Below are positions 11,213 through 21,797 of a stretch of 64,000 nucleotides of DNA, piece by piece. Every line of letters begins with the position of its first letter. The first letter of the stretch is position 1. The position numbers were made by a program, and so were the translations under genes. The notes under the pieces are model-generated. The model saw only the letters and a program-made list of their open reading frames with translations. It made no database searches and was not told where the DNA came from. This DNA is from an uncultured Candidatus Rokubacteria bacterium (GTDB lineage Bacteria; Methylomirabilota; Methylomirabilia; Rokubacteriales; CSP1-6), in assembly GCA_963771355.1 (NCBI GenBank), contig CAVYTA010000005.1, positions 288,001-352,000 on the forward strand. Reading direction: 5' to 3'.

Positions 11213-12739
11213 CTACCGGGCCGCGGGCTTGGCGTCGAAGAGCCAGAGCCACTCGTCCGGACGGGCGGCGTACTGCACCTTCTTCGAGATGGCGAGGGTG
11301 TCGTACTGAGTCCACAGGAATACGCTGGGCGCCTCCTCGCGGATCATCTGCTGGATCTGCGTGTAGGTCCGCTTCCGCCGCGGCTGATCCACAGAGGACC
11401 GCGCCTCGTCGATGAGCCGATCGAGCCCCTCCACGCGCGTGTACCACTTGCCGTACCAGCCTCCGGGCTCGGAGTGGTAGAGCGGGTGGAGCACCGCGTC
11501 GGCGTCGAAGACCGAGTAGTTGCCCCAGGTGCCGTAGATGCCGTGCGTGCCCTTGCCCTCGGTCTGGGAGAACTTGTTCCAGGCCGGACCCGGGTCCCAC
11601 ATCTTGGGCGTGGCGCGGATGCCGACCTCGGTGAGCATCTCGCACAGGGCCTCGAACTGCGGGCGGTTGGCGACGGACGAGCTATGGAGGGTGATGTCCA
11701 CCCCGTTCGGGAAGCCGGCCTGGGCGAGCAGCTCCTTGGCCTTCTTCTTGTCGAACGGGTAAGGCTTGATGTCCGCGTCGAAGCCGAAGGCCAGCGGCTG
11801 CACCACCGTCGCGACCTGGCGACCGAGCCCGGCCATGAGCTTCTGGATGATCGTTTGCTTGTCGATCGCGTAGTTGGCGGCCTGTCGCACCGCCTTCTTG
11901 TCGAAGGGCGGGACGCGCATGTCGAGCTCGATCTGGTGGACGCGCAGGATGGGCGTCGAGGAGATATAGGCCAGCGGGTGGGTCTTGAGCTCGGGCTGGA
12001 TATCGGGGGAGACCTCCCGGATCAGGTCCACTCCGCCCGTCTTGATCTCGGCCACCATGGTCGCGACTTCGGGCACGGCCCGGAAGATCAAGGTCTTGAA
12101 GGCCGGCTTACCCCGCCAGTGCTGGTCGAAGGCCTCGAGCCGGATGAGCTGGTCGCGCTTCCACTCCACGAACTTCCAGGGTCCCGTGCCCACCGGCGAG
12201 GTGGCCCCGAAGGCCTGATCTCCCACCGTCTCGACGTGCTTCTTCGGGACGATGGGGAAGAAGACCAGGCGCTCGAGGAGGAGTGGGAAGGGCTTGTCGG
12301 TGATGATGTGGACGGTCTCCGGGTTCACCACGCGGACTTCCTTGATGGCGCGGATGTTCCCATACTGCGGGGATTTCTTCGTCTGGTCGATCACCCGGTC
12401 GAACGAATACTTCACGTCGTCGGGCGTGAGCGTCTCGCCATTGTGAAACTTCACGCCCTTTCGGATCTTGAACTCCCACTGAGTGTCGGTCAGCGCCTTC
12501 CACGAGGTCGCGATGGAGGGCTCGAACTCGAGCTTGGGGTTCCGGTGCAGGAGCGAGTCGAACATGTTGATGTTGACGAGGATGCCCACGCGCTCGAAGT
12601 GCATGTGGGGGTCCAGCGTCGGGGCATGCGAGACGAGGGCGACCGTGAGGGTGTCCTTCGCCTGCGCCTGGGCGGCAGTGGGGATCGCGGCGAGCGCCGC
12701 GACGGTGAGCACGATTGCCAGCAGGGTCCATCGCTTCAT
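11213..12739 (-). CDS. Peptide ABC transporter substrate-binding protein (family 5)
   Basis: Signal peptide MKRWTLL…AQA; GVKFHNG…DVKYSF, VGTGPWKF; SD GAGGAGG. Confidence 0.93.
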   Translation of the reverse strand: MKRWTLLAIVLTVAALAAIPTAAQAQAKDTLTVALVSHAPTLDPHMHFERVGILVNINMFDSLLHRNPKLEFEPSIATSWKALTDTQWEFKIRKGVKFHNGETLTPDDVKYSFDRVIDQTKKSPQYGNIRAIKEVRVVNPETVHIITDKPFPLLLERLVFFPIVPKKHVETVGDQAFGATSPVGTGPWKFVEWKRDQLIRLEAFDQHWRGKPAFKTLIFRAVPEVATMVAEIKTGGVDLIREVSPDIQPELKTHPLAYISSTPILRVHQIELDMRVPPFDKKAVRQAANYAIDKQTIIQKLMAGLGRQVATVVQPLAFGFDADIKPYPFDKKKAKELLAQAGFPNGVDITLHSSSVANRPQFEALCEMLTEVGIRATPKMWDPGPAWNKFSQTEGKGTHGIYGTWGNYSVFDADAVLHPLYHSEPGGWYGKWYTRVEGLDRLIDEARSSVDQPRRKRTYTQIQQMIREEAPSVFLWTQYDTLAISKKVQYAARPDEWLWLFDAKPAAR

Positions 12740-12872
12740 GGGGGTACCTCCTCGGTCACGGATCCGGTCGTAAGTAGGAGAGGGCGACGATGACCTCAGA
12801 GCCTGCCTGCGTATACCACAGGCCGGCGCGTCCGCACAATAGGAGGGGGGAGCCCATGCTAGAGTCCCGCCC

Positions 12873-13928
12873 ATGGCCAAGACCCCCCTCTCCGGCAAGG
12901 CGCAAACGGTGCTCGGGCCCGTGGACGGCGACACGATGGGCATCACGCTGCCCCACGAGCATCTCCTCATCGACTTCAAGGTGATGTTCAAGGAGCCGGA
13001 GGCGGCGGCCGACAAGGGCCGCGCCCTGGCGCCGGTCACCATGGCCAACCTCGGCTGGGTGCGTCAGAACTTCTCGTCCAGCCTGGACAACCTCCGCCTT
13101 CTCGACGAGGACGTGGCCCGCGACGAGGCGCTCCTCTTCAAGCAGGCGGGCGGCCAGACCATGGTCGATCCCACCAATGGGGGGCTCGCGCGGGATCCCG
13201 CCGCGCTGGCGCGGATCGCGCGGGCCACCGGGCTCCACATCGTGATGGGCGCGGGCTACTACGTGCAGGCCGCCCATCCGCCGGCACTCTCCAGGAGGAG
13301 CGTGGACGACATCGCGCGCGAGATCGTGGCCGACCTCACCGTGGGGGTGGGTGACACCGGCGTGCGCGCCGGCCTCATCGGCGAGATCGGCTGCACCTGG
13401 CCGTGGACGGATGACGAGAAGAAGGTGGTGCGCGCGGCGGTGGCGGCCCAGCGGGAGACCGGCGCGCCGCTGATGATCCACCCGGGGCGCAACCCGCGCG
13501 CGCCCATGCAGATCCTGGAGCTGGTGGGGAAGGAAGGCGGCAACCTCAAGCGAACCATCATGTGCCACATCGACCGGACCATCGCCGACCGGAAGCACCT
13601 CATGGAGCTCGCCCAGACCGGCTGCTATCTCGAATACGACCTCTTCGGGCTCGAGACGTCCTACTATCCCTACAATCCCGACTTCGACATGCCCAATGAC
13701 GGCGGGCGCATGGCGCAGATCCTTCGCCTCATCGAGGACGGGCACACGCGCCAGGTGCTCATGTCGCACGACATCGCCTACAAGCATCTGCTGACAAAGT
13801 GGGGCGGCTGCGGCTATCACCACCTGCTGGTCAACGTGGTGCCGCGGCTGCGGCGGAAGGGGCTGGACGACCGCGCGATCCGCGGCCTCCTCGTGGACAA
13901 TCCGCGCCGCGCCTTCGTCTTCGCCTAG
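12873..13928 (+). CDS. Phosphotriesterase/aryldialkylphosphatase family amidohydrolase
   Basis: TLPHEHL, GEIG, MIHPG, MCHIDR, MSHDI. Confidence 0.92.
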   Translation: MAKTPLSGKAQTVLGPVDGDTMGITLPHEHLLIDFKVMFKEPEAAADKGRALAPVTMANLGWVRQNFSSSLDNLRLLDEDVARDEALLFKQAGGQTMVDPTNGGLARDPAALARIARATGLHIVMGAGYYVQAAHPPALSRRSVDDIAREIVADLTVGVGDTGVRAGLIGEIGCTWPWTDDEKKVVRAAVAAQRETGAPLMIHPGRNPRAPMQILELVGKEGGNLKRTIMCHIDRTIADRKHLMELAQTGCYLEYDLFGLETSYYPYNPDFDMPNDGGRMAQILRLIEDGHTRQVLMSHDIAYKHLLTKWGGCGYHHLLVNVVPRLRRKGLDDRAIRGLLVDNPRRAFVFA

Positions 13929-16900
13929 CGCGGTCCCTGGAGAGCGGCGCGGGCGTCCTCGATCCAGCCCGTCGCGCCCATCTCTTCGAACAAGCCGAGG
14001 GCGCGCTCGATCAGCGCCCGACCGGCAGCCGCATCGTCACGAACTCGGAAACGGCCATACGCCAGCAGGGTCTGTCCGAGCTCGGGGCGGGACTGGATGG
14101 CCTCGAGTAGCTCCAGGCTCTGACGGAACGCGGTGTCGGCCGCGTCACGGTCAGCGAGGGCCTCGCACGTCCGTCCGAGTACGCGCAGTGCCGCTCCGTG
14201 CTCCATCCGTAAGTGGCTCTGTCCGGCATCGTGCGCCGCACGATGCGCCGCGGTGAGCGCCGCCGTCCTGTCCCCGAGGGCGACGGAAAGCTCGGCCAGC
14301 GCCATCTGGAGCCACACCATCATCCATACCTGGGACGATCCCTGGGCCTCGCATTCCGGCAAGGCGCGGTCCAGGAGCCTCTTGGCGTGTTCGAGGCGGC
14401 CGAGCCTCACGTAAGCTATCGCGGCCCACGCCGAGATCCAGAAGAGGGGCGACCACTCTCGGATCACCCAGCAATGGGGAAGGCCTTCCTCGGCGATGCG
14501 CACCACGTCCTCCCACTGGCCCTTGTACATGTACGGCTCGACTTCCATGGCCAGCCACGCCCTGAGCTTGGGATCGTCCAGGCTATCTCCTAGATGCCGA
14601 GCCCGCGCCGCGTAGTCGAGTGACTCCGGAATCCGTCCGGCGCGCGCGAAGTAGCACCGTCCACTGGATGCCATCTCCCACGCCTGATCGAGCGTTCGAC
14701 CCAGGGTCCCCAGGAGATCGATACCCTGGCGAATGTGGCTCAGCGCGGCCTCATACCTGGCAACTTGACCGAGATGCCCACCGTAATGCAACGTCGCATA
14801 GGCACGAGCGGAGTCGTCGCCGGAGGCTTCGGCCCTCTCCAGCGCCCGCCGCAGACTCGCCTCGTCCTGCCGGTGCCAGGCGCGGACGGCCTCTACCCTC
14901 GCCATGAGGGGCTCATTGTCGAGCTCAGCGACCGCCGTCAGGGCCCGATCGAGGTGCTCGAAGCCGGCCGTCCGCTCCCGGTCATTGCGTCGCCAGCCCG
15001 GGAGGTCCACGAGCGAGAGCACGGCGTCGATGCGCAGACGATTCCGTTCCGCGGTGACCGGCAGCCGGTCCAGGAGCTCGAGCGCTTGCCAGTAGTGCGC
15101 GATGGCCTCGGGACGCGCGTAGAGCTTCATCGCCCGATCGGCGGCCTCGAGCGAGTAGGTCAACGCCTTCTCCCACTCCTCGGCCCTTTGCCAGTGGTGG
15201 GCGAGCAGCGGCGCCCGATCCGAGGCCGGTGTCGCTTCCTGCTCGAGAAAGGTCGCCAGCCGCCGGTGGAGCTCCCGGCGCTGATCGAGAAGGATGCTCG
15301 CGTAGGCGGCTTCCTGGGTGAGCGCGTGCTTGAATAGGTACTCGCGCTCGGGGACGTGGGCCCACTCACGAATCAGCTCGGCGCGCAAGAGATGGGCGAG
15401 CGACCGATCGAGCTCTCCGTCGCCCTCGTGAAGCGCGCGGAGCGCGCGATAGCTCAGGAACCGTCCGATCACGGAGGCGCGCTGTAGCGTGGCCTTGGCG
15501 GCGGGGGGCAGGCGGTCGATCCGGGCCGCGATCAAGCCTCGCAGCGTGGCGGGCATCGCGAGGCGACTCACGTCGCCCGCCGCGATCCATCGACTCCCTT
15601 CCCGACGAAGCACCCCTTCCTCGATCAGCGTACGGAGTATCTCCTCGACGAAGAATGGATTGCCCTCGGACTGCGCGAGGATTCGTTTGCGGATCGCCTC
15701 GGGCAGCTCGGCAACGTGCAGCAGGTTCTCGACCAGACGCTCGGACGCATCGGCCGGAAGCGGGGCCAGCGTGAGCTCGGTGAGGCGGTGCGGATAGTTT
15801 CGCTGGGCGTGGAATCGGAAATCCCAGGACCCGCCCTCCGGATCGGGTCGGGATGTCACCAGGATCATGAGCGGCAGGAGATCGGTCAGCTCGCTGAGAA
15901 CGGTGAGGACCTCGATGGTGGCCGGATCGGCCCAGTGCAGATCCTCGACGGTCAGGATGACCGGTTCCCGGGTCGCGAGCGCCTCCACGATCGAACGCAG
16001 CGCGAGCACGAGCTGGGATTGCAGGGCCCGGGGGTCCATGGCGGGAGGAAGGGGCTGTCCGGGCTCGCCTTGCATGCCGAGGAGGTGGGCCACCGCGAGG
16101 TGCACCTGCTCGTATTTGCTGCCGACGAGCGAGCGGAGCGTCACCCTCAGCTTCGTCCGCGCCACTTGCTGGCTCTCCGTCCCGGTGAGCTGGAGCACCG
16201 CTCTCAGGATCTGGACGAGCGGCGCATAGCTCGACGTCTGGGTGAAGGCCTGACAGCGACCCTCGAGCCACCGCACGTTCGGCGGGGGATTCTCCCGGAG
16301 CTCGTTCTTGAGGCGCGATTTGCCGATCCCGGCCTCGCCGGTGATGGAGACGATCTGTCCGCGACCCCCGCCCAGCTCCTTGGCGCAGCGCTCGAGGGCC
16401 GTCGCTTCGCCCTCACGACCGACCAGCGGCGAGGAGAGTCCGGGAACTCCGCGCGGCTCGGGGATCGAGCGAAGGCCCGTGACGATATGCGCGTTGACGG
16501 GCGCCGGGAAGCCCTTGAGCGAGAGCGGCCCTACCGATTCCGACTCGATCAGGGACCGTACAAGACGAAGCGTCTCCGGGCACACCACAATTCCGTGGGC
16601 GGCCGACTGGAGCCGCGCCGCGAGATTCGTGACCTCACCGGTGACCATGAGCTCCCGGGCGGGATCGGTCACCGCCACCGCCTCGCCGGTGGCGATGCCG
16701 ACGCGCAGGTCGAGGCGAGCGCCGTACTCCTGCTCGAACATGGGGTTCAGCTGGACGAGGCTTTCCCGCATGGCGAGGGCCGCCCGCACCGCCCGCTCCG
16801 CGTCGTCCTCGTGCACTTGCGGGACGCCGAAGACGGCCATGATCGCGTCGCCCGCGTACTTCTCCACGACGCCGCCGAAGGCGCGGATCTGGTGCGTCAT

Positions 16901-17026
16901 CTCGTCGAAGAATGCGGACAGGAGCGCGCGGAGCTGCTCGGGATCTTGCCGCACCGCGAGCTCGGTCGAGCCGACGAGATCGGCGAAGAGCACCGTGACC
17001 AGCTTGCGTTCTTCAGAAGGTGGCAT
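13925..17026 (-). CDS. Class III adenylate/guanylate cyclase + AAA ATPase + TPR-like protein
   Basis: LFADLVGST, EKYAGDA, NLAARLQ; Walker A GEAGIGKS; EDLHWAD, GNPFF, FKHALTQ. Confidence 0.92.
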   Translation of the reverse strand: MPPSEERKLVTVLFADLVGSTELAVRQDPEQLRALLSAFFDEMTHQIRAFGGVVEKYAGDAIMAVFGVPQVHEDDAERAVRAALAMRESLVQLNPMFEQEYGARLDLRVGIATGEAVAVTDPARELMVTGEVTNLAARLQSAAHGIVVCPETLRLVRSLIESESVGPLSLKGFPAPVNAHIVTGLRSIPEPRGVPGLSSPLVGREGEATALERCAKELGGGRGQIVSITGEAGIGKSRLKNELRENPPPNVRWLEGRCQAFTQTSSYAPLVQILRAVLQLTGTESQQVARTKLRVTLRSLVGSKYEQVHLAVAHLLGMQGEPGQPLPPAMDPRALQSQLVLALRSIVEALATREPVILTVEDLHWADPATIEVLTVLSELTDLLPLMILVTSRPDPEGGSWDFRFHAQRNYPHRLTELTLAPLPADASERLVENLLHVAELPEAIRKRILAQSEGNPFFVEEILRTLIEEGVLRREGSRWIAAGDVSRLAMPATLRGLIAARIDRLPPAAKATLQRASVIGRFLSYRALRALHEGDGELDRSLAHLLRAELIREWAHVPEREYLFKHALTQEAAYASILLDQRRELHRRLATFLEQEATPASDRAPLLAHHWQRAEEWEKALTYSLEAADRAMKLYARPEAIAHYWQALELLDRLPVTAERNRLRIDAVLSLVDLPGWRRNDRERTAGFEHLDRALTAVAELDNEPLMARVEAVRAWHRQDEASLRRALERAEASGDDSARAYATLHYGGHLGQVARYEAALSHIRQGIDLLGTLGRTLDQAWEMASSGRCYFARAGRIPESLDYAARARHLGDSLDDPKLRAWLAMEVEPYMYKGQWEDVVRIAEEGLPHCWVIREWSPLFWISAWAAIAYVRLGRLEHAKRLLDRALPECEAQGSSQVWMMVWLQMALAELSVALGDRTAALTAAHRAAHDAGQSHLRMEHGAALRVLGRTCEALADRDAADTAFRQSLELLEAIQSRPELGQTLLAYGRFRVRDDAAAGRALIERALGLFEEMGATGWIEDARAALQGPR

Positions 17027-17108
17027 CGAGCTCTCGTGACGAGGGAAACGGCTTCCTGTTCACGCGGACGCCTATCGTACGCCAATCTGCCGTCGGCGAC
17101 CGGCTAAG

Positions 17109-18509
17109 TTACCAGCTCTCTACGGCGTCGATGTAATTCTCGCCGAAGCGGATCCTCCGCACGCGCCCGTCGGGGCCGAGCTCGAACACCACCGTCTCGC
17201 CATGCGAGCCGTAGCTGTCCTTCTCCTCGGCGCGAAAGGTGTGCTCCCGCCCCTCGATGGGATGCAGGCGCGTGGCCATGGCGAGCGGATCGGGCAGGCC
17301 CGGCTCGATGAAGAGGAGGCCGTCGTCTACAAGGAGGACCTGCACGTCGCTCCACCGGTTGCGATACCGGCCGGCATAGCGCTGCCAGGCCGGATCGGGC
17401 GCGCGCCCGTCGTCGCGCGCCGTCGCCTTGGCGATGGGCGGGCCCACGTACTGCTGCGCGCGGTCCACGAACTGCTCGGGATTGCCGTCGTCGGCATTGG
17501 TCATCACAATCACCGCGAGCTTGTCGGCGGGCCAGATACGGAGCAGGGTGCGGTACCCCGGCAGCGAGCCGCCATGGCCAAAGCTGGTCTTGCCGCCCGC
17601 GCGCTGGATGCGGAAGCCGAGCCCCCAGCCCGCCTGCCAGTCCGGCTCCAGCCAGTGAACTCTCTGCATCTCCCGGATGGTGCTGCCGCGGAGGATCTGC
17701 GCGCCGCCCGCGGGTCCGTCGCGGAGCTGCAGCATCGCGAAGCGCGCGAGATCGGTCACGGAGGTGGTCATGTTGGCGGCGGCGGTGATGCCGCGCGTGT
17801 CCACGTAGGGAGCCGGCGCACGGCTGCCGTCGGGCATGCGGCGGCCATAGGGGCGGGCCAGGCGCCGGTCGGCGGGGTCGGGCGAGGACACGGAGGTGTC
17901 CTTCATCCCCAGCGGCTCCAGGATGTGGCGCGTCACGTAAGCGGCATAGGGCTCGCCGGACACGGCCTCCACCACGTCGCCGGCCAGGGCGAGGGCGAGG
18001 TTCGAGTACTTCCACTGGGTCTCGGTGGCGATGACACCTGCCTGGCGGGCGAGGCCCTCGCGGAGGCGCTCCACCGTCGGAAAGTCGAAGTCGGTCCAGT
18101 AGGGGAAGGCGGCCTCGCGCGGTAGCCCGGACGTATGGGTGAGCAGATGGCGAATGGTGACGGGCGGCGCCTCCGCGGACTTGCTCGGGACGGCGAACCA
18201 CGGCAAGTGGCGGGTCAGCGGATCGTCGAGCTGGAGCCGGCCCGCGTCGCGGAGCTGGAGGATGGCGGTGGCGGTGAAGGTCTTGGTGATGGAGGCGATG
18301 CGGTAGAGAGTGTCGGCGGTCGCCGGGACCCGGCGCTCCACGTCGGCCCAGCCGAAGCCCTGCGCCCAGACGAGGGACTGATCGTGCACGAGGCCGATGG
18401 AGACCCCCGGCAGGCCGCTGTACGCGCGCTGGTTCTCGATCCACGCGGCGACCACGGAGATGGCGGCGGTGACGTCGGGGCGCTCGGACAGTGCCGGGTC
18501 GGCAGTCAT
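17109..18509 (-). CDS. Serine hydrolase, beta-lactamase family
   Basis: SITK (SxxK), LLTHTSGL, YSN, HGG; ATG 18509 with SD GGAG. Confidence 0.9.
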   Translation of the reverse strand: MTADPALSERPDVTAAISVVAAWIENQRAYSGLPGVSIGLVHDQSLVWAQGFGWADVERRVPATADTLYRIASITKTFTATAILQLRDAGRLQLDDPLTRHLPWFAVPSKSAEAPPVTIRHLLTHTSGLPREAAFPYWTDFDFPTVERLREGLARQAGVIATETQWKYSNLALALAGDVVEAVSGEPYAAYVTRHILEPLGMKDTSVSSPDPADRRLARPYGRRMPDGSRAPAPYVDTRGITAAANMTTSVTDLARFAMLQLRDGPAGGAQILRGSTIREMQRVHWLEPDWQAGWGLGFRIQRAGGKTSFGHGGSLPGYRTLLRIWPADKLAVIVMTNADDGNPEQFVDRAQQYVGPPIAKATARDDGRAPDPAWQRYAGRYRNRWSDVQVLLVDDGLLFIEPGLPDPLAMATRLHPIEGREHTFRAEEKDSYGSHGETVVFELGPDGRVRRIRFGENYIDAVESW

Positions 18510-18597
18510 GACGGCTCCAGAGTCTAATCGCGTCGCGGCCAATTGGACAGCCCGGTGTATACTCGCGGCCAATGCAGAGTTCCGCGATACCCCGGCC

Positions 18598-20022
18598 ATG
18601 AGCCGGCCCAAGGCCAAGCGCACCCCGACACGGCGGCCCCCCGCTCGCTCCACCCGCCGCCCCGCCGTAGCCGCCGCGCCGCCCGCGCCCACCACGCCGC
18701 CCGCCCCGCCGGAAGCCCTGGTCCCGCCCCCGGCGGCGGTGCCGGAGCCCATCGCCATCTCGGCCCCGGAGCTGGTATTTGCCGCGCGCCGCCCGGAGAC
18801 GGCTCATCCGCGCCCGCTGCCCGTGGTCCGGCGCGGGATCTTCTTCGACGTCGAGAACTCGAGCCGTCCGGAGCACGTGGCGGCGGTGCTGGAGCATCTC
18901 AACATCGACCGCGGCCATCACCTCACCGACCTGCTGGCGGTGGGGAACTGGAAGGTGGCCAGCCCGGAGACGGCGCGCTATCTCGCCCAGCGCGGCGCGC
19001 AGCTCATCCACAGCGCGCCGTCCACCGGGGTGAAGGACTGGAGCGACCTCCGCATCGCGGTGGCGGCGGGCGTGTGGCTCGCGGGCGCGCGGCCGGGCGA
19101 CGCCATCGAGATCATCACCGACGATCAGGCCTTCGACGCGGTGGGAGACGTGGCGGCGGGCCTGGGCGTGCACTATCAGCGCCTCTCCTTCCGTGGGCTG
19201 GCGGGGATGGGCGTGCTCCCGGTGGTGTCTTCCTCGGTCTCCGCGGAGTCGCGGGGCGGACGGGGGGGCCGGCGGCGCGGCCGGCGCGGCGGACGTGGTG
19301 GGGACCGCCACGGGCCGCCCCGCTCCGAGTCACGCGTGGAGGCGCGCCCGTCACACCCTGCGCCCCACCGGGAGCCGGCGGCGCCGTCGCACCGCGCCGC
19401 CCCGGCAGCGGTCACCGGTGCGGCCCATACCGCGCCGGCCGAGGAGATTCGCGCGGTGGTGGACGAGCTGCTCCGCACCTCGCCCATCGGCATCACGCTC
19501 GACACCCTCTCGAACGCCCTGAAATCGCGCGGTTTTCGCCGGACGCCCGGCTCGCCGCGGCTCATTACGCGGCTGCGCAACCTCAAGGGCATCGAGGTGA
19601 CCCGCGCCGGAATCGTGCGGCTTCTCGAGCCGGGGGGGAGCGAGCGGGCCGAGGCGCCGCGGGCCGAGCGGGCCGAGGCTCCACGGGCCGAGCCGCCGCG
19701 GAACGAGCCGCCTCCGTTGCGCGCCGTGTCCCAGCTCGCGGGCATGCCGGAGATCGTCGCCTCGAATTTCGCGTCCTTGGGGCCCAGGAGCGAGCCGGAA
19801 CCCGAGACCGAGAGTGACTCGGAGGATGAGCCCGGGCCCGGGAACGAGGCGGAGCCCGGCAATCGCGGGGAGCCGGGACAGCCATCGGAGCCGGGGACGG
19901 GGCGGCGCCGGCGCCGTGGCGGGCGTCGTCGCCGGGGGCGGCGTGGCGGTGGCGGGTCGGGGGGGCCGGGCGCCGGGGTGGGGCCGGTGAAGGCGCCCGC
20001 ACCCCAGAGCGAGAGCGCCTAG
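18598..20022 (+). CDS. NYN (PIN-like) domain protein with a putative HTH/LOTUS-like domain and Arg/Gly-rich tails
   Basis: IFFDVEN…KDWSDLRIA…IITDDQAF resembles the NYN acidic motifs; low-complexity RG-rich segments. Confidence 0.65.
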   Translation: MSRPKAKRTPTRRPPARSTRRPAVAAAPPAPTTPPAPPEALVPPPAAVPEPIAISAPELVFAARRPETAHPRPLPVVRRGIFFDVENSSRPEHVAAVLEHLNIDRGHHLTDLLAVGNWKVASPETARYLAQRGAQLIHSAPSTGVKDWSDLRIAVAAGVWLAGARPGDAIEIITDDQAFDAVGDVAAGLGVHYQRLSFRGLAGMGVLPVVSSSVSAESRGGRGGRRRGRRGGRGGDRHGPPRSESRVEARPSHPAPHREPAAPSHRAAPAAVTGAAHTAPAEEIRAVVDELLRTSPIGITLDTLSNALKSRGFRRTPGSPRLITRLRNLKGIEVTRAGIVRLLEPGGSERAEAPRAERAEAPRAEPPRNEPPPLRAVSQLAGMPEIVASNFASLGPRSEPEPETESDSEDEPGPGNEAEPGNRGEPGQPSEPGTGRRRRRGGRRRRGRRGGGGSGGPGAGVGPVKAPAPQSESA

Positions 20023-20053
20023 GGGAAAGAAAAGAGCGCCTAGCAGGCGATTG

Positions 20054-20083
20054 TTGACGATCCCGCTCAAAAGGGACCATAAT
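20054..20083 (+). promoter_or_regulatory. Putative sigma70 promoter of the gsp operon
   Basis: TTGACG-18 nt-CATAAT; implies the gspE start lies downstream of the ORF-track start at 20051. Confidence 0.5.
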
Positions 20084-20092
20084 CTCAGTACC

Positions 20093-21796
20093 TTGCAAAC
20101 TGCATTTCCGGGGCAACGCTCCCTGGGCCAAATCCTCGTAAGGGCTGACATTATCACCCCTGAGACCCTTGAGGAGGCCCTCGCGCAGGCAGGTCAAGAC
20201 CAGCGGCGTCTCGGGGAGGTGCTGATCGCCCTGGGCGCCGCCACCGCTACCGATGTGTTGCGGGCACTGGCGGAGCAGCAGGGGTTGCCCTTCCTTTCGG
20301 GAGAGGAGCTGCCCTCGACCCCCCTGGCGCTCAAGGACCTCTCCCCCAAGTACCTGCGCCAGTACGTGGCCTGTCCAATCGCCATGGAGGGCTCGGTGCT
20401 GATGGTGGCCACGGCCGAGCCGACCAATCCCCAGTTGCTGGACGATCTGCAGCAGAGCCTCGGGGTGACGGTCAAGCTGTATGTAGCCCCCGCCCCGGCC
20501 ATTCTGGAGGCGATCGAGCGGGCGTACGGGGCCAACACCGCGCTGCAGAAGATCGTCGAGGGCATGGGGCCAGCCGGCGGCGAGCGCGACGGCGAGTTCG
20601 AGGAAGACGTGAACCACCTCCGGGACATGGCGTTCGAGCCGCCGGTCGTGCGGCTGGTCAATATCCTCATCGACGGGGCGCTGGCCGCCGATGCCTCCGA
20701 CATCCACATCGAGCCCTTCGAGGACAGCCTGCACGTCCGCTACCGCATCGATGGGTTGCTGTACGATCAGGAGGCTCCCCCTCGCCGACTCCGGGCCGCG
20801 CTCACCTCGCGTATCAAGATCATGGCCGAGATGAATATCGCCGAGCGCCGCCTGCCCCAGGACGGACGTATCCGGGTCACCGCGCACGGCCGGCGCGTGG
20901 ACATCCGCGTCTCCACTGTTCCGACCATCCACGGCGAGTCCATCGTGATGCGGCTGCTCGACCGATCCTCGGTCTTCCTGCCCTTCGATCGCCTCGGCTT
21001 CTCGCGCGGCACCGCGGAGACCTTCGAGGGGCTGATCCGGCGGCCGCACGGCATCCTCCTCGTCACCGGCCCCACGGGCTCCGGCAAGACGACCACGCTC
21101 TACGCGGCGCTCGACAAGATCAATCGCCCCGACCTCAAGATCATCACCGTCGAGGACCCGGTGGAGTACCAGCTCAAGGGGGTGAATCAGATCCCGGTCA
21201 AGCCCAAGATCGGGCTCAGCTTCGCCGCCGGGCTCCGCCACATCGTGCGGCAGGACCCCGATGTGATCATGGTCGGCGAGATCCGGGACCTCGAGACGGC
21301 AGAGATCTCCATCCAGGCGGCGCTCACCGGACACCTCGTCTTCTCCACCCTGCACACCAACGACGCGCCCGGCGCGATCACGCGGCTGCAGGACATGGGG
21401 TGCGAGCCGTACCTGTTCTCGTCGGTCCTGAACGGGGTGCTGGCCCAGCGTCTGGTCCGGCGCATCTGTGAGGTCTGCCGGGCCCCCAAGGTGGCCGAGC
21501 CCTCCGAGCTGGCCGCCCTGGGCGTCGCCGCCACCGGGGCGGAGGAGCTGTTCCACGGCAAGGGCTGCGACGAGTGTCGGGGCACCGGCTACCGCGGCCG
21601 CACCGGCATCTACGAGCTCCTCAGGATCAACGAGGAGGTGCGCAGCCTGATCGTGCGGAAGGCGTCCGGCGGCGAGCTCCGGCGCCACGCCGTCGCGCAC
21701 GGGATGCTCACGCTGCGGGAGGACGGCTGGGCCAAGGCGTGCGCGGGAGTGACGACAGTGGCGGAGATCCTGCGGGTCACCCAGGAAGAGACCTAG
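20093..21796 (+). CDS. gspE: Type II secretion ATPase GspE with MshEN-like N-terminus (start uncertain, 20051-20093)
   Basis: ASDIHIEP, GPTGSGKTTT, RQDPDVIMVGEIRD, TGHLVFSTLHTN, two CxxC motifs. Confidence 0.93.
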   Translation: MQTAFPGQRSLGQILVRADIITPETLEEALAQAGQDQRRLGEVLIALGAATATDVLRALAEQQGLPFLSGEELPSTPLALKDLSPKYLRQYVACPIAMEGSVLMVATAEPTNPQLLDDLQQSLGVTVKLYVAPAPAILEAIERAYGANTALQKIVEGMGPAGGERDGEFEEDVNHLRDMAFEPPVVRLVNILIDGALAADASDIHIEPFEDSLHVRYRIDGLLYDQEAPPRRLRAALTSRIKIMAEMNIAERRLPQDGRIRVTAHGRRVDIRVSTVPTIHGESIVMRLLDRSSVFLPFDRLGFSRGTAETFEGLIRRPHGILLVTGPTGSGKTTTLYAALDKINRPDLKIITVEDPVEYQLKGVNQIPVKPKIGLSFAAGLRHIVRQDPDVIMVGEIRDLETAEISIQAALTGHLVFSTLHTNDAPGAITRLQDMGCEPYLFSSVLNGVLAQRLVRRICEVCRAPKVAEPSELAALGVAATGAEELFHGKGCDECRGTGYRGRTGIYELLRINEEVRSLIVRKASGGELRRHAVAHGMLTLREDGWAKACAGVTTVAEILRVTQEET

Positions 21797-21797
21797 C

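Noticed and set aside
20012..20043. 11-bp direct repeat AGAGCGCCTAG at the NYN/gsp boundary as an att site
   Set aside because: Too short, and no partner copy or recombinase was found
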